DNA of 64,000 bases from Camelus dromedarius (GCF_036321535.1 NC_087437.1:80540001-80604000), one strand, 5' to 3'; numbered from the stretch's first letter, positions 42,901 through 57,694 are shown. Made by a program: numbers and translations. Notes: generated by a model not told the origin, from the letters alone.

Positions 42901-44639
42901 TAAATGTGATACCTCACATTAATAGAATGAAAGATAAAAGTCCTATCATCTCATTAGATACAGAAAAAGCATTTGACAAAATCAACATCCATTCATGATA
43001 AAAACTCACAACAAATTGGATTTAAAAGGAACATATCTCAATATAATAAAAGCCATAAAGCCCACAGCTAACATGATACTCAATGTTGAAAAGCTGAAAG
43101 TTTTTCTTCTAAGATAAGGAACAAGAGTGCCCATTCTCACCACTGTTATTCAACATAATACTGTAAGTCCTAATCAAAGCAATCAGTCAAGGAAAAAAAA
43201 TTAAAAGCATCCAAATCAAGAAGTAAAATTATCTGTTTGCAGATGACATGATCTTACATAGAGGAAACTCTAAAGGCTCTACCAAACCATAGAACTAATC
43301 AATGAACACAAGTAAAGCTGCAGAATACAAAATTGGCATACAAAAATCAGTTGCATATCTATACATTAATAAGCTATCTGAAAAAGAAAACTATCTCACT
43401 CACAACAGCATCAAAAATAACTCACTACCAAAAAAACCTTTTCTCATTAAAAATGAATATTCACTACAAAACAAACAACAAAATAAAATACTTAGGAATA
43501 AATTTAGCCAAGGAAGTCAAATTTCTTTATATTGAAAACTGTAAGACGTTGATGAAAGAGATTGAGGAAGACAAAAATAAATGGAAAGATATCCCCCAAT
43601 CATAGATTGGAAGAATTAATATTGTTAAAATGTCTAAACTACCCAGTGCCATCTATAGATTGCAATTTCTAACAAGATTCCAATGGCATCTTTTCACAGA
43701 AATGGGAAAAATAATCCTAAAATTCATATGGAACCTCAAAAGACCTCAAAAAGTCAGAGCTGAGGGAAAAAAAAAAAAAAGTAGGAGATATCACACTTCC
43801 TGATTACAAAGCTACAGTAATCAAAACAGTATGGAACTGGCATAAAACCGGACACATAGACCAATGAAGCAGAATCAAGAGCCCAGAAATAAACCCATGC
43901 ATATACAGTCAACTAAGATTTGACAAGAGCCAAGAATACTTAATAGGGAAAGGATAATCTCTTCAACAAATGATGCTGGGAAAACTGGATATCCACATGC
44001 CAAAGAATGAAACTGGACCCCTATCTTACACCATTCACAAAAATTAACTCAAAGTGAGACTTAAACATAAGACCTGATACCATAAAACGCCTTGAAACTT
44101 GCTAAGGAAATAGATCTTAAAAGTTCTCAATACACACACATACATACACACACACAAAATTGTAACCATGTGAGGTAGTGGATATATTAATTAATCCTAT
44201 TATGATAAACGTTTTACAATATATACATATATTAAATCATCAAATTGTACACCTTAAACTTACACAATGTTACATGTCAATATTTTGCAATAAAGCTGGA
44301 AAACTATTTTTAATAAAATTGAAAAAAACAAATCGTAGCAAGTATAAACAATGGAATACTACTCAGCAATAAAAAGGAATGGACTATCAGCTGAATCTCT
44401 AAATAATTACACTGAATAAAAGAAACCAGGCAAAACAGAAGGAGGGGTTATGAGAAATCTTTTGGGGGTGAATATATTTATTTTGACTGTTGTGATGATG
44501 GGATGCATGTGTCATAATGTATCAAAATGTCCACTTGAAATATATGCAGTTCACTGTATGTTACTTATATTTCAGTAATTTTTTAAATTATAAGGTATAA
44601 ATATATCTTTACTATTTTCTGAATTTTTAATTAACCAAC

Positions 44640-45030
44640 TGTGTTAGTCTGCTCAGGATGCCATAACAAAATTCCACTGATTGAGTAACTTAAACAACAG
44701 AAATTTATTTTCTCGTATTTCTGGCAGCTGAAAGTCCAAAATCAAGGTGCCAACAGGTTGAATGTCTGATGAGAGCTCTCTTCCTGGCTTGCAAATGGCT
44801 GTCTTCTTGCTGTGTCCTCAAATGGCCTTTCTTCTAGGCACACAAAGAAATAATGTCTCTTCCTCTTCTTATAGGGACACCAGTACCACTGGATTAGAGC
44901 CCCACCCTTATGACCTCATTTAACCTTAATTACCTCCTTAATGTCCCTATCTCCAAATACAGTCACATTGGGGCTCAGGGCTTCAATATATGAACCGGGG
45001 GTGGGGGAGGATACAACTCAGTCCATAACA
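44640..45030 (-). mobile_element. Near-complete MLT1A-like solo LTR
   Basis: tgtgttagtctgctcagg...acaactcagtccataaca. Confidence 0.8.
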
Positions 45031-45239
45031 CCAACCAACTACAGGCCCTAATTGTGTCAAATGAGAAGGCTTCTACTCCCTCCCTCCCTAACACTTTCAG
45101 CATCCACTGTTTCAACAGCGTCTGACAGTGTCACCTATGCTCTTTGAGGGATAATATTTGTTCTTCTCTACCCAGAGAATTCCAGTGAGTATCCTGGAAG
45201 TAATGAAATCTATACCAAACAAAACTAAACTCGTATTCC

Positions 45240-48200
45240 TTTCATAAGGCTAAAATTGCTTTATTGTCAATTCACTTATACAATACTGTTGAATGTTCTT
45301 TAAGAATTCTATCTGCAATGTGTTCTGAATTTTAATTACCCATTAATTACAAGCACAGTTAATAACAGCCATTACTACTAATCACTATTATATATAGATG
45401 AATCACTCAAACAAATGTACAAACTTTTTATTTAGAATCTGAGACTTAAATACAAATTAAGTAAGTACAATATAAAATATTAAGCCTTCATAAAACAGAC
45501 CACAGCCACTTTAAATCATCCATTATTTCTACAACAAAATTAAAGAGAAACCTAAAAATAGTGTTAAATCAAATTATTTTTAAACTCTTACTGTCAGCAT
45601 TAAAATAATTACAAAACACTCAAAGAAATTTAATTAGGAAATGAACAAAGCCACTACAGAGTAATTCCTGCTATCCACTAAAGTTAATTAAGGAATTAAA
45701 TTGTAGTATGATTTCTACTCATTCACAAATAAAAAGCACCTCATTTTTAAAAGACATATACCTGTTTCTCTCCAAGGCTGTGAGGACTACATTGTTTACT
45801 TGACCTTTAAATTTAATATGGCACAATAGGTTTGATTAGTGAAAGCAATATCACTAAAAATGTTTAGAATGTTCCTTACAGACCTTTTCGGCTCTATTTC
45901 ATAAATGAAGGGGGTCATATATTTAAAAGTTAAAATGTTACTGTAATAAAAATTCCTTAATAAGGTACATGGTAAAATAAAAATACACATTAAAGAATTA
46001 TGTGTCTTTTTAAAATTTATGAATGGGAAATTGATCAGACTCATCTTGCATTTTCCCTTTTTACTACAGGAAAAAAAGATTTTTATATTTTATATTGTGG
46101 TTATCAATTCAACTCTAAGAATCTGTGCCAAACACATTATCAAGGGAGACAGTATAATATCATAAGTCTATACTGTTTCTGAAAATACTCATAAGAAGTT
46201 ATTTTTAGATAAAAAACAGGTCCTACTGTATGGCACAGGGAACTATACTCAATACTTTGTAATGGCCTAAAATGAAAAAGAATATGAAAAGGAATATATA
46301 TATTTACATATAAATGCGTCAGTATGCTGTACACTAGAAATTAACACAACGTTGTAAATCAACTATACTTCAATTTTTAGTTATTTGCATATATACTAAA
46401 ATTATGTGGCTAAATATTTCCTACAAACATGCACATTGTAAGGCTTTTTATAATTAAATTTATAAAACCAAACTATATTCTGTATGTATCAACTGTCATG
46501 ATTGGAGCTTTCTGCACACTAAGAGAGTCAAAACTTTACCATCTGTTTTTCTGTAAAACTAAAGATGAAATATAATCAAACTAGCATTTCACTAGAAAAT
46601 TATGTATCCCAGCAACCTGTTATACTTCCTGTCATCAAATAAATGGACTCCAAGATGCAGTTAGTCTTTTAAAATGTTGATTTCTACCATGTTACTCTTT
46701 GAAAACCATTTTAATCAAATCACATTTCTTAGAGAAAATTCACTCAGGGTTCTGCACGTATCAGCTGTTTTTCCTCAAGCCACTCTGCCTTGAATGGTAG
46801 AGTTCCAGCTCTCTTAGAACTGTTTTTTTGTCTCTTTCAAAGAGGATGAAGAATATGTAGAGACTTTCTTACTGACTTACTGTGTAAAGATTAACGTAAA
46901 GTGTATATAATACATTTTGGAATACAATAACTTTTAAGTTTTCACAGTTTATTTTCTACTAACTAGCTATCCATTCAAACAAGTCATCTAACTTCTCTGT
47001 GCTTTAGTTTCATCTTTAAAACAAAGAGATTAGAATAGACAATCTCTAACGTTCCTTCCAATTCTCACATGGTATGATTCCATGCCTCTGAAGGAATATA
47101 TTGAAATTGCTCACAAAGGAGGAGAACCAAAGTAAAATGGCACAGCTGAACTAACCTCTCCTATTAGAAGAACACAAAGACTCTGTTAAAGCTCAACTTC
47201 CCAAACCTTACCAGACTCATTCTCTGACCAGAGCAATAAATAGCTCATAGAGTTAAAACCAAGTACCTTAGTCAAATAAATAATTTTAAATTACACTGTA
47301 AACCTATTAAAATATATTAGGTCTGTGCCACAGTCTTCCTGCATTCTAATTTACATTACGTTCATTCTATTTACATTCGAGATAATCTGTACATCTAAGG
47401 TAGGGGGCTACTTAATATTCTTGCACTTCAAAATGCTAGTAAAGTTAAATAGCATGAACAGCAGAGTATCTTAATCATATTCTGCCAATTTTAAAATAAA
47501 AGTATGCTGAATACCATTTATGGGCTAGAAAAACAAGGCAAAGATGGAAAAGGAAATCTTATTGGCAAATGCTGATGTTCAAATGAACTTAGTTGTGTTT
47601 TGTCATTTCTTAAAAAAAGAGAAAAGTGGGGAGATGTCAGCAGAAGCCTACTGAGGTAATACTGAACCATGACATTTCAGAAGCTTTTATGAGAAACTAA
47701 TGCACCATGATGCAGCATTTTGGTATTAGTGCAGCGCAAGTTGGTTTTTCTTTGTCTAACTATGGGCAGCAAATGAGGCACTTAACTGTAAAATAGAAAA
47801 ATAGGGTACATTTAAGAAGAAATTCAAAATCATTCATAAAAGATAATCAGCATTATTCAAAAAGGTAAAAATTCTTCTCTTATTTAACATGCATTCAATG
47901 TGATATGTGCTTCACTAGGGAAAATCCTTTCAATGTAAGACTGCTGTTTTGTTTATAAGAGACAGAAAATATTTCCTTTGCAAGAGATTCTGGATTTCTG
48001 AGAATGAAATCCAAGTTTTCTCAACCTGAGTGCTACATATTTATAAACCAAGAAAAATACATCTTACCCACATTGGAGAAATGTTTCTAACTATCAACAA
48101 AGTAGAACATGGGACTCCCTGACTTTATTCTTGGAAGAATCAGAAGCTTTTATTTTGTATAAGTTCAAAGAAGGGGACCTAGTGACTGAACCGAGGAATG

Positions 48201-49514
48201 AACAGTTATTTAGCACCTCAATTTAGAGAACACTTAAGTATTGCCATAGTTTAAAATAGCTGTATGTCCACAGATTGGGAGCAAGTCAGGTATGTGTCGT
48301 TCAACAATACTAGAACAGTCTCAAAGATTAAAATAAGCTTCCCAAAATTATCCTTGATTTGTGAATGTGTCTATCTATAACGTTCAAACATGATATTGTC
48401 ATTTCTTCCTGGAGTTACAGATACATACTCTTTTTAATAAGTAAAGAAATAAGTGAGGTGTATTTTTTTCCTCAACCACCATCAAATTGTCTTTCCCAAT
48501 GTGGCACTTTTTCAGAGTTTAGATAGAAAATAGTCCTTAAAAAAAAAGTCATTCATATTCCTCCACTGGTATTATTTTAAATGTTCTTTTCTATGGGGCA
48601 GAGGTCAAAAGTGAAGTAAATGGCCACAGACCTCTGCTGAGATACACAAGCAAATAGAAAGCAGGAAGAGAGAAGACAAACAGACGTTAACTTCTGGCAA
48701 TGTACTGGCACAGAAATGCCCATCTGTGAGGTAAAATCATCACTAAATGAAAAGATAACAAATGTTTCCTGTGACATTATTCCAAGTGAATGGAGCCTAT
48801 ATCCAAGAGAAATATTCTTGTGTTGCCTCTTTAAATAAACTTGACTTTAATTCTAGATAGAACACTGTTGCTTCACATGTTAAAACTGATACACGACATT
48901 AACTAAACTTTTCCATGAGACAATTTAATCATCCCCACTGAAAATTCCTATAATCTTACCTTTTGCTTATAAGAAGGCTTTCCTTGACTCATAAGGAAGG
49001 AAAAAAATGCTTAAAAATATATGTTCTTACTCCAAGGAGGCTGGCAAATTTCAATAGTTCACAAACCTATTTGTCATTTATATTCATTATAACAAATTGC
49101 ATTCCTTATGACATAATTAATTTCCTTGTATGCAGAGGAATTAAAATACTCTTATTTATATCATTAAGGTAAATTTTTCTATCTTCTTTAACATATTCTA
49201 GTTTATTTTTGAAAGGAAGTGAATACATGAAAACACAGGAACACTGTTGATGCAATTCAGTTGTTAATAAAGTGCATGTAGCTTTCAATATAAATATTGT
49301 TTGATACCTTACAGCTAAGTAAAAAGCTAACAAAATCAAAATGAAGATTCAGCTTAGTACCTAGGATACAGAAAATATGAGACAAGAATATAAATTCTAG
49401 ATAAATAGTAACAAAATTGGGAGGAATATTCTTCTCCCCACCCCTGACACAAAAAAGCCAACTGAAAATAGTCTGAAGTTAGTTGGATTTCTGCTTCCCA
49501 AGCAACCAGGCAAG
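45240..49514 (-). other. CEP97: Probable CEP97 3'UTR with candidate poly(A) signals
   Basis: AT-rich, largely repeat-poor sequence after the stop. Minus-strand AATAAA at 45427-45432 and 45260-45265. The end position is inferred. Confidence 0.55.
46205..46375 (+). mobile_element. Short L1 3'UTR fragment within the CEP97 3'UTR
   Basis: ggtcctactgtatggcacagggaactatactcaata...aactatacttcaat, the same tail as the L1s at 17.6 kb and 52.5 kb. Confidence 0.75.
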
Positions 49515-50219
49515 CTACACAATAATACCAACATGCAATACCTGAAATGTAGAATCACATTCTGACTGCTGCTCTTGGGTGTCTGCATTTAATTTACAAT
49601 TCTCTGGTGTCTGGCTGATTTCATCTTGCAGAGCAGGAGATATGCCATGAGCATCATCTACAGAAGCACTGTCAGACAAGGCATCTAACTTTTCAGGGGA
49701 ACCAGCTATGTGAAGCTTACTATCTCCAGTCCCTTCATCCAAATGGGTCCTCTCATCAGCATCGTCTAGCTGTTGAACTGAAGTTAAATACTGTTCAAGC
49801 AGACTATTATCCTGCTCATGGTTTGAGCTTCCCTTACTCCATTCACCATGTTCTTCACTATCATCCCCTAGGTCTGGCTCTTTGCCATGTCTGACTGTGT
49901 CAATGGAATTCCCCATTATGGAACTTTCACTACCCTCTGTGGAACTTTTTTCAAAATCCAAAGAATCCTGTAAACAGTGTACTTGTTCTGTTAGGGAGGA
50001 ATGAAAACCAGAGTCTGGAAATTCTGGTAAGGATTTCTCTTGAGGAGCTTCATCAGGAGCAATGAACCAATCAGAATTTTGATCAGAAGAGGGCTCCTGA
50101 CTTCGGGTGAGTAATGCAGGTTTAGGTGGCACCAAGGTACTTGATACAGGAGGAACATCGATCTGCCAGGAACTTAGTTGCTGGTCCACTGACTGTTGCC
50201 AAGCTTGTAGAGACCTTAC
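49515..50219 (-). CDS. CEP97: CEP97 terminal coding exon
   Basis: tttatag|GTA AGG. Translates [18 protein letters not shown]...[19 protein letters not shown]...[13 protein letters not shown], stop TAG at 49515-49517. Confidence 0.96.
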   Translation of the reverse strand, partial: VRSLQAWQQSVDQQLSSWQIDVPPVSSTLVPPKPALLTRSQEPSSDQNSDWFIAPDEAPQEKSLPEFPDSGFHSSLTEQVHCLQDSLDFEKSSTEGSESSIMGNSIDTVRHGKEPDLGDDSEEHGEWSKGSSNHEQDNSLLEQYLTSVQQLDDADERTHLDEGTGDSKLHIAGSPEKLDALSDSASVDDAHGISPALQDEISQTPENCKLNADTQEQQSECDSTFQVLHVGIIV

Positions 50220-50555
50220 CTATAAACCAAAGGATATAGTTTTATTACAAAATAAAAATTATACCTGTTTTACAACTGTCCTTTGAGCTTTCTTCCTCAA
50301 CACTCATAAAGCTGGTAAATGGCAGATGGCAGAACTGGAGTTAGAAACGACCTGACTCCCCTTACCCTTCCCACAGCACCCCCAGCCCAGACCTGGCTGG
50401 CACAAGTGGTTCACGTCCTTGGTAACAAAAGACCTTCTCCAGGGGAGCAGACATGGGCCTATTCGAAGCAATTCTCGTCTTGACTTGAAAAATAATCAGA
50501 AGCACAACGGCACATGTCTAGCTAACTAGGGGGTCAAAAAGGTACTCTGAGGTCA

Positions 50556-50700
50556 GGGGGAGGGTATCACTCAGTGGTAGAACACACGCTTAGCATGCAC
50601 CAGGTTCTGGGTTCAATCCCCAGTGCCTCCATCTAAAAATAAATAAATAAATAAACAAACCTAATTCCCATCCAAAAAAATGTTTTTAAATCTTAAAAAA
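50556..50700 (+). mobile_element. tRNA-derived camelid-type SINE
   Basis: Same consensus. Degenerate TSD tac(t/a)ctgaggtc on both sides. Confidence 0.88.
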
Positions 50701-51479
50701 TATATACACTGAGGTCTATTTAATAAGACAGATTAGAGCATATTCATATGAGCAGACTCTATAATCAAAGTCTCATTTTAGATACCCATTTGGGATTAAG
50801 AGTTTTTAAAAACTAGCAACAGAGTATATGCAACTCTAAAATACCTAAAAATACCCCGAGTTCTTGAAAATACAAACTTTACATTTTTAAAGTATAATTA
50901 AAATCTCCAGATTTCACTGTAAAATCCGCAACAAGAAAACAATACATACAATATTTTAGTTTTCCTTTGACTGTCCTCCAAGGTAATCACTGATAGCAGT
51001 TTGATATGTTATCTTTCCAGACCTTATACTATGTATTTTCAAATATAATGTTATAGGTAAAATCCTATTATAACAAATTCTTTTATAACAATATTTCCAA
51101 GGAATTATCATCAAGACATGTTTGTTGGGATACAACAACAGGAAAATCAATGTGTGAGCCACCCCTGGAGTGTGCTGCCACAGGGCTCAGACTCTCTCCC
51201 TGGGGGTCATGTGTACGTTTGAGGATATGCAATACTGTAGCTGTCATACAGCACTTCAACCACTTTTTATTCAAACAGTCTCAACAGATAAAACAAGATA
51301 GATAGCTAGATAAAACCTCAAATTGAGCTTTCAAGTCAAAATTATGAAAATATTTTTCTTCAGATTAAATAAAATATAACAAATTTCACAGTCCTAGTTC
51401 TGAGTTAGCAACAGAACACGAAGCACATTCTTAACCTTAAGAAAGGGTGCTTACCTTACCTATAACTAATCTATGATTA

Positions 51480-51638
<159 letters not shown>

Positions 51639-51809
51639 TTACTAAACAAGAAAGGATGCTTTCACTTGTACTTCCTGTTACAACTAATAAACACATATAT
51701 TGTAAAGATTAATAATCTAATGACAGTCCTTTCCACTTTTAGAATATCTAAGTGAAACTTTAGTTTTAAAGTATAACTCAACATAGAAGCCAAAGAACAT
51801 ATGATTTGA

Positions 51810-52211
51810 AAAGATGCTGAATATCACTAATTATCAGAGAAATGCAAATCAAAACTACAATGAGGTATCACCTTACACCAGTCAGAGTGGCCATCATAAG
51901 ATAAATGCTGGAGGGTATGGAGCAAAGGGAACCCTCCTACACTGTTGGTGGAAATGTAAATTGGTGCAGTCACTATGGAAAACAGTATTAAGGTTCCCTA
52001 AAAAACTAAAAAGAGTTACCATATGATCAAGCAATCCCACTTGTGGGCATATATCCAGAGAAAACTGTAACTCAAAAAGATACACGCACCCTAATTCATA
52101 GAAGCACTATTTTATTTACAATAGCCAAGACATGGAAGCAACCTAAATGTCCATCAACAGATGATGGGATAAAGATGTGGTACGTAGACAGACAGACAGA
52201 CAGACAGACAG

Positions 52212-52242
<31 letters not shown>

Positions 52243-52678
52243 GGAATACTACTCAGACATAAAAAAGAATGAAATAATGCCATTTGAAGCAAGAGGGATG
52301 GACCTAGAGATTATCATCCTAAGTGAAGAAAGTCAGTAGAGAAAGATAAATATCACATAATAGATATGTGAAATCTAAAACAATGAGACAAATGAACTTA
52401 TTTACAAAACAGAAACAGACTCAAAAACATAGAAAACAAACTTATGGTTACCAAGGGGGAAGCGGGGGAGTGAGGGATAAATCAGGAGTTTCAGATTAGC
52501 AGATACAAACTACTATATAAAATAAACAAGGTCCTACTGTGTGGAACACAGAACTATATTCAATATCCTGTAATAAACCATAATGGAAAAGAGTATATTT
52601 ATTAATAACTAAATCATTTTGCTTTACATCACTAACATAACATTGTAAATCAACTATAGTTTAATTTTTAAAAAAAGC
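51810..52678 (+). mobile_element. LINE-1 3' end with internal (CAGA)n(CA)n microsatellite
   Basis: GTLLHCWW and FTIAKTWKQPKCPSTD peptides, L1 3'UTR. Repeat at ~52187-52240. Confidence 0.88.
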
Positions 52679-54425
52679 AAATAAGATGTGACTGAAATTC
52701 AGATTATGCAGGTTCTACAAAGTATTGCCAGTAATGAAAAATAAAATCTTAAATGGCTCTTTATCTAGCTTCAATTTCCCAGCCAAACACATGGAAGGGG
52801 CAGGAGCTGCAGAAAGGCAGCTTGAAAGAGCTTGAAACATCCTAAGAGACCAGCAGGACTAATCCCATCAAACTTCACATTTCTGTTTGTCCCAGTTCCT
52901 GATATAGTCCTTGCTATCATCAACAGACCTCACATCTGTCACTCCCCTCATTCATTAAAGTTTCACTCTGGGCTCACTGCCCCCCTCTCCATACTTACAT
53001 CTGCCATAACCTAAGGATCCCTTAGCTGTCCATTATCTCCCAAACTGTCATCCCATTTTGTTCTGAAGCTCCAACCTACTTTCTCTAGCTCCTCAAGCCC
53101 TCCTCCTGTGGCATCTGGTACTCCTGAATTGTAATCTGCAAACTCCCATATACACTCAACCTCTTCTCTGAACTTTTCCTTGACCAAATCAGATCCACTT
53201 CTAAGGGCACGGAAGCCCTCTCAAGTGGCAGCTATTTTTCTCACTCATACATCAGAGTTAGAACGTTGCTTCTCACTGCTGTTTACAAATGACTCTTAAC
53301 CTTCCTCCTTCAAGAGCTCCAACCATCTTGCTGAACTTCCCCTAACTCTTTTTCAAGTACTGACCTCCCATTACCTGCCCCTTTCACTGAAGGCTCAGCA
53401 CTGGTCTTTTTCTCTGCCCTGTTCCTGTGCTCATTTCTGGAGCCCTCAACATTCACATGGATGCTCTACCTAACAATAACCCACCCCACATCACCCATTC
53501 TCACTCCCACTCTAGATCCAAGCATTCTGATGACACCATCTTCAAAAATGATTCCAAGCACCAGCACAAACCACTACCTCCAGTCCTCCCAGTTCCCTTG
53601 GTCTTGCACCCACTACAACAATCCAGACGTCCAATCTTCATCTAGACCTCTCCTCCTGTTTTCCTTTTACCTCACGTAAATTCCAAGGTCCATCATTATA
53701 GTCATCCCTTTCCCAAATATCTTCAGCTCCCTTGTCCTTCCCTCTCTCCCCTACAATGTTCGCCTAGGAAAACCCATTCTTGGCTGAACCAAATCAACCA
53801 TGTCCACATTAGAACAGAACAGCTGAGAGTTGCTGATGAAAATCAGAGTCTGACCTGTTCTTTTTGCATTTTAGGTTTTTCCTCATACTATCCAGCAGTC
53901 CTCCTCCATTCCCCTTATAAGTTCACTTTTAAGATGAATACCCCACATCTCACACATCTCCCCTTAAACCTCCCACATACTCATCCCTCTCCTCAAATTT
54001 TCAAGTGCTGACCACATCTTACATAAAACTGAAAAAGGAGAAGCATCTATCAGATAGGACGTCCCCATCCCCATCATCACACCTACCACCTCACCTGCTC
54101 CCACCTCGGGCCACTCCCTCTACTCGTGCACTGGACCCCTTCTCCCACCTTCTCCAGAACTTCAATCCTGCACTTCCCCTTTCTTTCCTTTGCACCATCA
54201 GCTTTTTCCCTCCTTATTGAATCGTCTCCATCAACACATAAACATGCTCTGCATCTCCCATCTTTTAAATAGAATCTTCCTTAACTCCAGATTCTCCTCT
54301 CTGCAACCACCTCCTCACACTTCTCTCTCTTCCTCACAGCAACACTCCCCCAAAGCTGAACAGTCACTCTTCTCCGCACATTCACTACTCAACCCTGTCC
54401 AAACTGCCTTCAAACCACTACACAC

Positions 54426-55054
54426 TGAAGCTGGACAGGAAAGGATTAACTCGGCAGGACTGGGGTTCAAACCCTGTGCATTCTAAAGACAGTACTAGCC
54501 TTGACCAGCTCCTGAGAGATAAGCTCCAAGCCCTTGGACTACCCTGCCTCATTAGAGTATCTCTGTATACCTGGGGTCTTGGGCCACAGCAGATAGTTTA
54601 TGTTAACAATGTGCTTTCTGGTAAATAACTGTTTTGTTCACCTGGGACCCTGGGTCACAATGAATCAGTCTGACCTCGGGCAAGAGCTGAGGTCTGAGTA
54701 GTTAAGGTCAGTCACATGGGTACTCAATGTCTATGTGACTGACCCCCAATAAAAACTCTGGACACCAAGGCTCGAGTGAGCTTCTCTGCTTGGCAATACC
54801 TCGTATGTGTGGTCACACATCGTTGCCGGGAGAATGGAGCCCCATCTGTACAATCGCACTGGAAGAAAACCAGAAGCTTGCATGTGGTCCCTCCTGGACT
54901 CTTCCCTGTGCGTCCTTTTTCTTTGCTGACTTTAATCTATATCCCTTCACTGTAATAAGCCATAATCATGAACACAAAGAATAGCTTTCCTGAGTCCTAT
55001 GAGTCCTTTTTGCGAATCATCAAACCCAAGGATAGTCTTGGGGACCCTCGACAC
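54426..55054 (+). mobile_element. ERVL-class (MER21/MER68/MER77-like) LTR inside an L2-like remnant
   Basis: 3' end gagtcctatgagtcc...gaatcatcaaaccc...gtcttggggaccctcgacaca is typical of this group. Confidence 0.65.
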
Positions 55055-55734
55055 AGTCACCAATAACCTCCAGCTGCTAAATTTAATGTATCGTTGTCTG
55101 TCCTCCTCCAGCACCCTTCTTCTCTTCTGAAACATCCCCACACACTCTCCTAGCCCTCCTACTACTCTGGCTGTCCCTTCTCAGTCTCTTGTACTGCTTC
55201 CTCCTCTCCCACCTGATAATATTAATAAATACTGCTAGTTGCTATACTCATACTCAGATTACGCCTATGAAATCCTAATTTTCCTGGGTTGACAGCCATG
55301 GAATGAAGAAATAATTCCCACCATTGCCCTAGAATTTTAGCTCCTTCTAAATCCCTATAGTTTCTTTAATTCTTATGTCACCTACTGGGTTCTATGTAGA
55401 CTTTCTTATCTTCCCATTTTTATACTTACTCAGTTTTTCCACATTTTCTGTACCCTCTATGTTTAGGTATATAGATATCTATAAAGCGTGCATTCACTCA
55501 GCATTTATTATTGCACTGCATCTATGTCCCAATTCCTGTACTAGGGATGGAGATGCATATGGCAGTCCCTGCCCTCAGGATGCTTTCAGCACATTGTAGG
55601 CGACCAACCAAGAGGGGCAACACGGTATGAAAAGTGTCCTGGCCACAACAGCAGCGATTCAGTGTTCTGCATCAACTCTAAGAATCTGACACCCTCAAAC
55701 CTACAGAACAGCACCAAGAGGACTTCTCACCCAC

Positions 55735-56509
55735 CTCCTAATTTCGTCAGTTAGGCAGACAATGTGCTCCTGCATCCTGCGCAGCCGGATCTCATAGCGC
55801 ACATCTTTGGCTTGTGGGTGGTAACTTCTGGCATAAAAGCCCCGCCAACAGGCCTGAAGCTTGGTGGCTGCTTCATTCAACTTCTGAAGGGCAACTTTAT
55901 CTTGGCCCAAAGCAACAGATGTCTGGGTTAAAACCTTGCAGGGAAGTTTCTCTGCAGCTGTCTGAGACGTGGTTTCTTCACTGCCTGGCTGTGTATGGAA
56001 GACACTGTGCCCAACTGACTCAGGAAAAGATGTAAGACTGTGGGTGTTAACCTTCAAGACAGCACTGGTTACTGCTGGCTCAGGACAAGGTAACAGACTA
56101 TCTTTCTCATTTCCCTCTGTACTAATCGTATTTTTCATCATTTGGACAGAATTCTCACTGGCAGCCCAAAAAGCCTTTTCCTCTTCCTTATCAAAGCCCT
56201 GGCTTTCTAACCCTTTCACATATTCATCTCTGGGACCATCATCTTCTAGGCCCAAGTTAATGCCCTGTAGCCTCAGCTCAACTGTAGGCGATACTGGAGA
56301 GAGTCCTGACGCAACTGGCATAAAAGTAGACTCTGAAGAGAGAAGACTACAGTTTAACTTGTCCTCATCAGTCTGGATGTCTTCCAGGTGCAGGTCATTT
56401 CGAGAATATCTTGTAGTGTGAACAGAGGCTGGAAAGTTATTCTTAACAGCATATACTTGGTCATCATTACTGCTTATCCCAACCCAAGAATTGACTTGGA
56501 TGACGGGTT
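55735..56509 (-). CDS. CEP97: CEP97 large coding exon (775 bp) with IQ calmodulin-binding motif
   Basis: ttttag|AA CCC...AGG AG|gtggg. Translates (E)[11 protein letters not shown]...[48 protein letters not shown]. Confidence 0.96.
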
Positions 56510-56935
56510 CTAAAAGAATCAACAGAATTCTGAGTTTAAAACATTAAATATTTAGAGAGGTATTTTTTTCAGTTGTATCTTTTTAATGAAATCTAATCCT
56601 TGAAATATAGCAAAATGCAGTAAAATGCTTTTGGTAATTAATTCTAACATTCCTAAAATACCAAACCAAATTTTTAAAAAATTAATTCTTGTAATAATCG
56701 AAAGAATAATCAGAGTATCAGGTCAATTTAAAAGGGATCAGTCTTCTGAATGTTTCCAAAAATTAGACATATAGTAATTATATGTCTACCTGTGTATATA
56801 CATATGTAAAATATAGGATCCCAATGTTCATTTAAGTTGACAAAAAATTGTGAAAATATATCCTTTTTTCTGTTTGAAACCAAACAGAGCAAAACAACTT
56901 GGAGAAGAAAGATCAGAGATCAGTTAACTTCTTAC

Positions 56936-57069
56936 CACTTTCCTGGACTATCTGACAATCTTGAACAGGGCTTGAACGCTCAGGTACAAGAGATGCCCTC
57001 GTTTCAACAGTGGCAAGAGGAGACAACTCTTCATTTTGGCTTTGGTTCATCAACTGCCTCTGGTGAAAC
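56936..57069 (-). CDS. CEP97: CEP97 coding exon (134 bp)
   Basis: ttttag|G TTT CAC...AGT G|gtaag. Translates (R)[44 protein letters not shown]. Confidence 0.94.
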
Positions 57070-57694
57070 CTAAAAACCAGTAACATATGATGTGATTTAA
57101 CACAAACCAAAAAAAAAACAAACAAAAAAAACCCCACCATGGTTCTGCTTCCTGGGTAACACTGTCAAAAAGGTAGACGTTTCCAGGGTTTCGGAGTATA
57201 TATCTCTAATAACACTCAAATTACAAAATCTCATTTAAAAGCGTTGGACAGAAATGGTTAAGAAACTTATTTTTAAATCAGATAGTCAGACACCCTCATG
57301 TGCCACACGTACACAAACCTTCAGAGGCAGGATCTCTGATAAAAGAAGTGACTACTAAATGCTTCTAGCTATACCTGTCTTGATGTTAGTATTTTAAAGT
57401 CCATGTGAAACACCTACATTAAAAGGACTAATGCATTGTTTAAAAATCCCACTCTCCCATGCTTCATGGCTCTCCCCACTCAAGAAATGATTGACAACTC
57501 AGTTGCTGGGGAGCAAACTGGACGGCACTGCAGGGTTCAGTTCCCCTGCAGGATTGCCACAGTGGCGAGGGGCCAGAGTGCCCAGACACGTGGGCCACAC
57601 GCAGCGCGTGCCTCAGCCCTACTAACCCCCTGGGAAAGGCTCAGAGGTATTTTCACTCATGAATTCAACAGCTGCTACAAATAAATGGGCTGAC

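Larger units (their letters stand above)
38190..44330 (+). mobile_element. Composite LINE-1 cluster: degraded ORF2 (endonuclease and RT) with nested insertions
   Basis: Endonuclease-like ORF 41081..41536 (IVNIYASN...IIIVGDF...RIEHML), RT motif tttgcagatgacatgatc (FADDMI) at ~43236, several L1 3' ends. Confidence 0.9.

Noticed and set aside
55969..56421. 150-aa plus-strand ORF
   Set aside because: Antisense shadow of the large CEP97 exon with no independent support.
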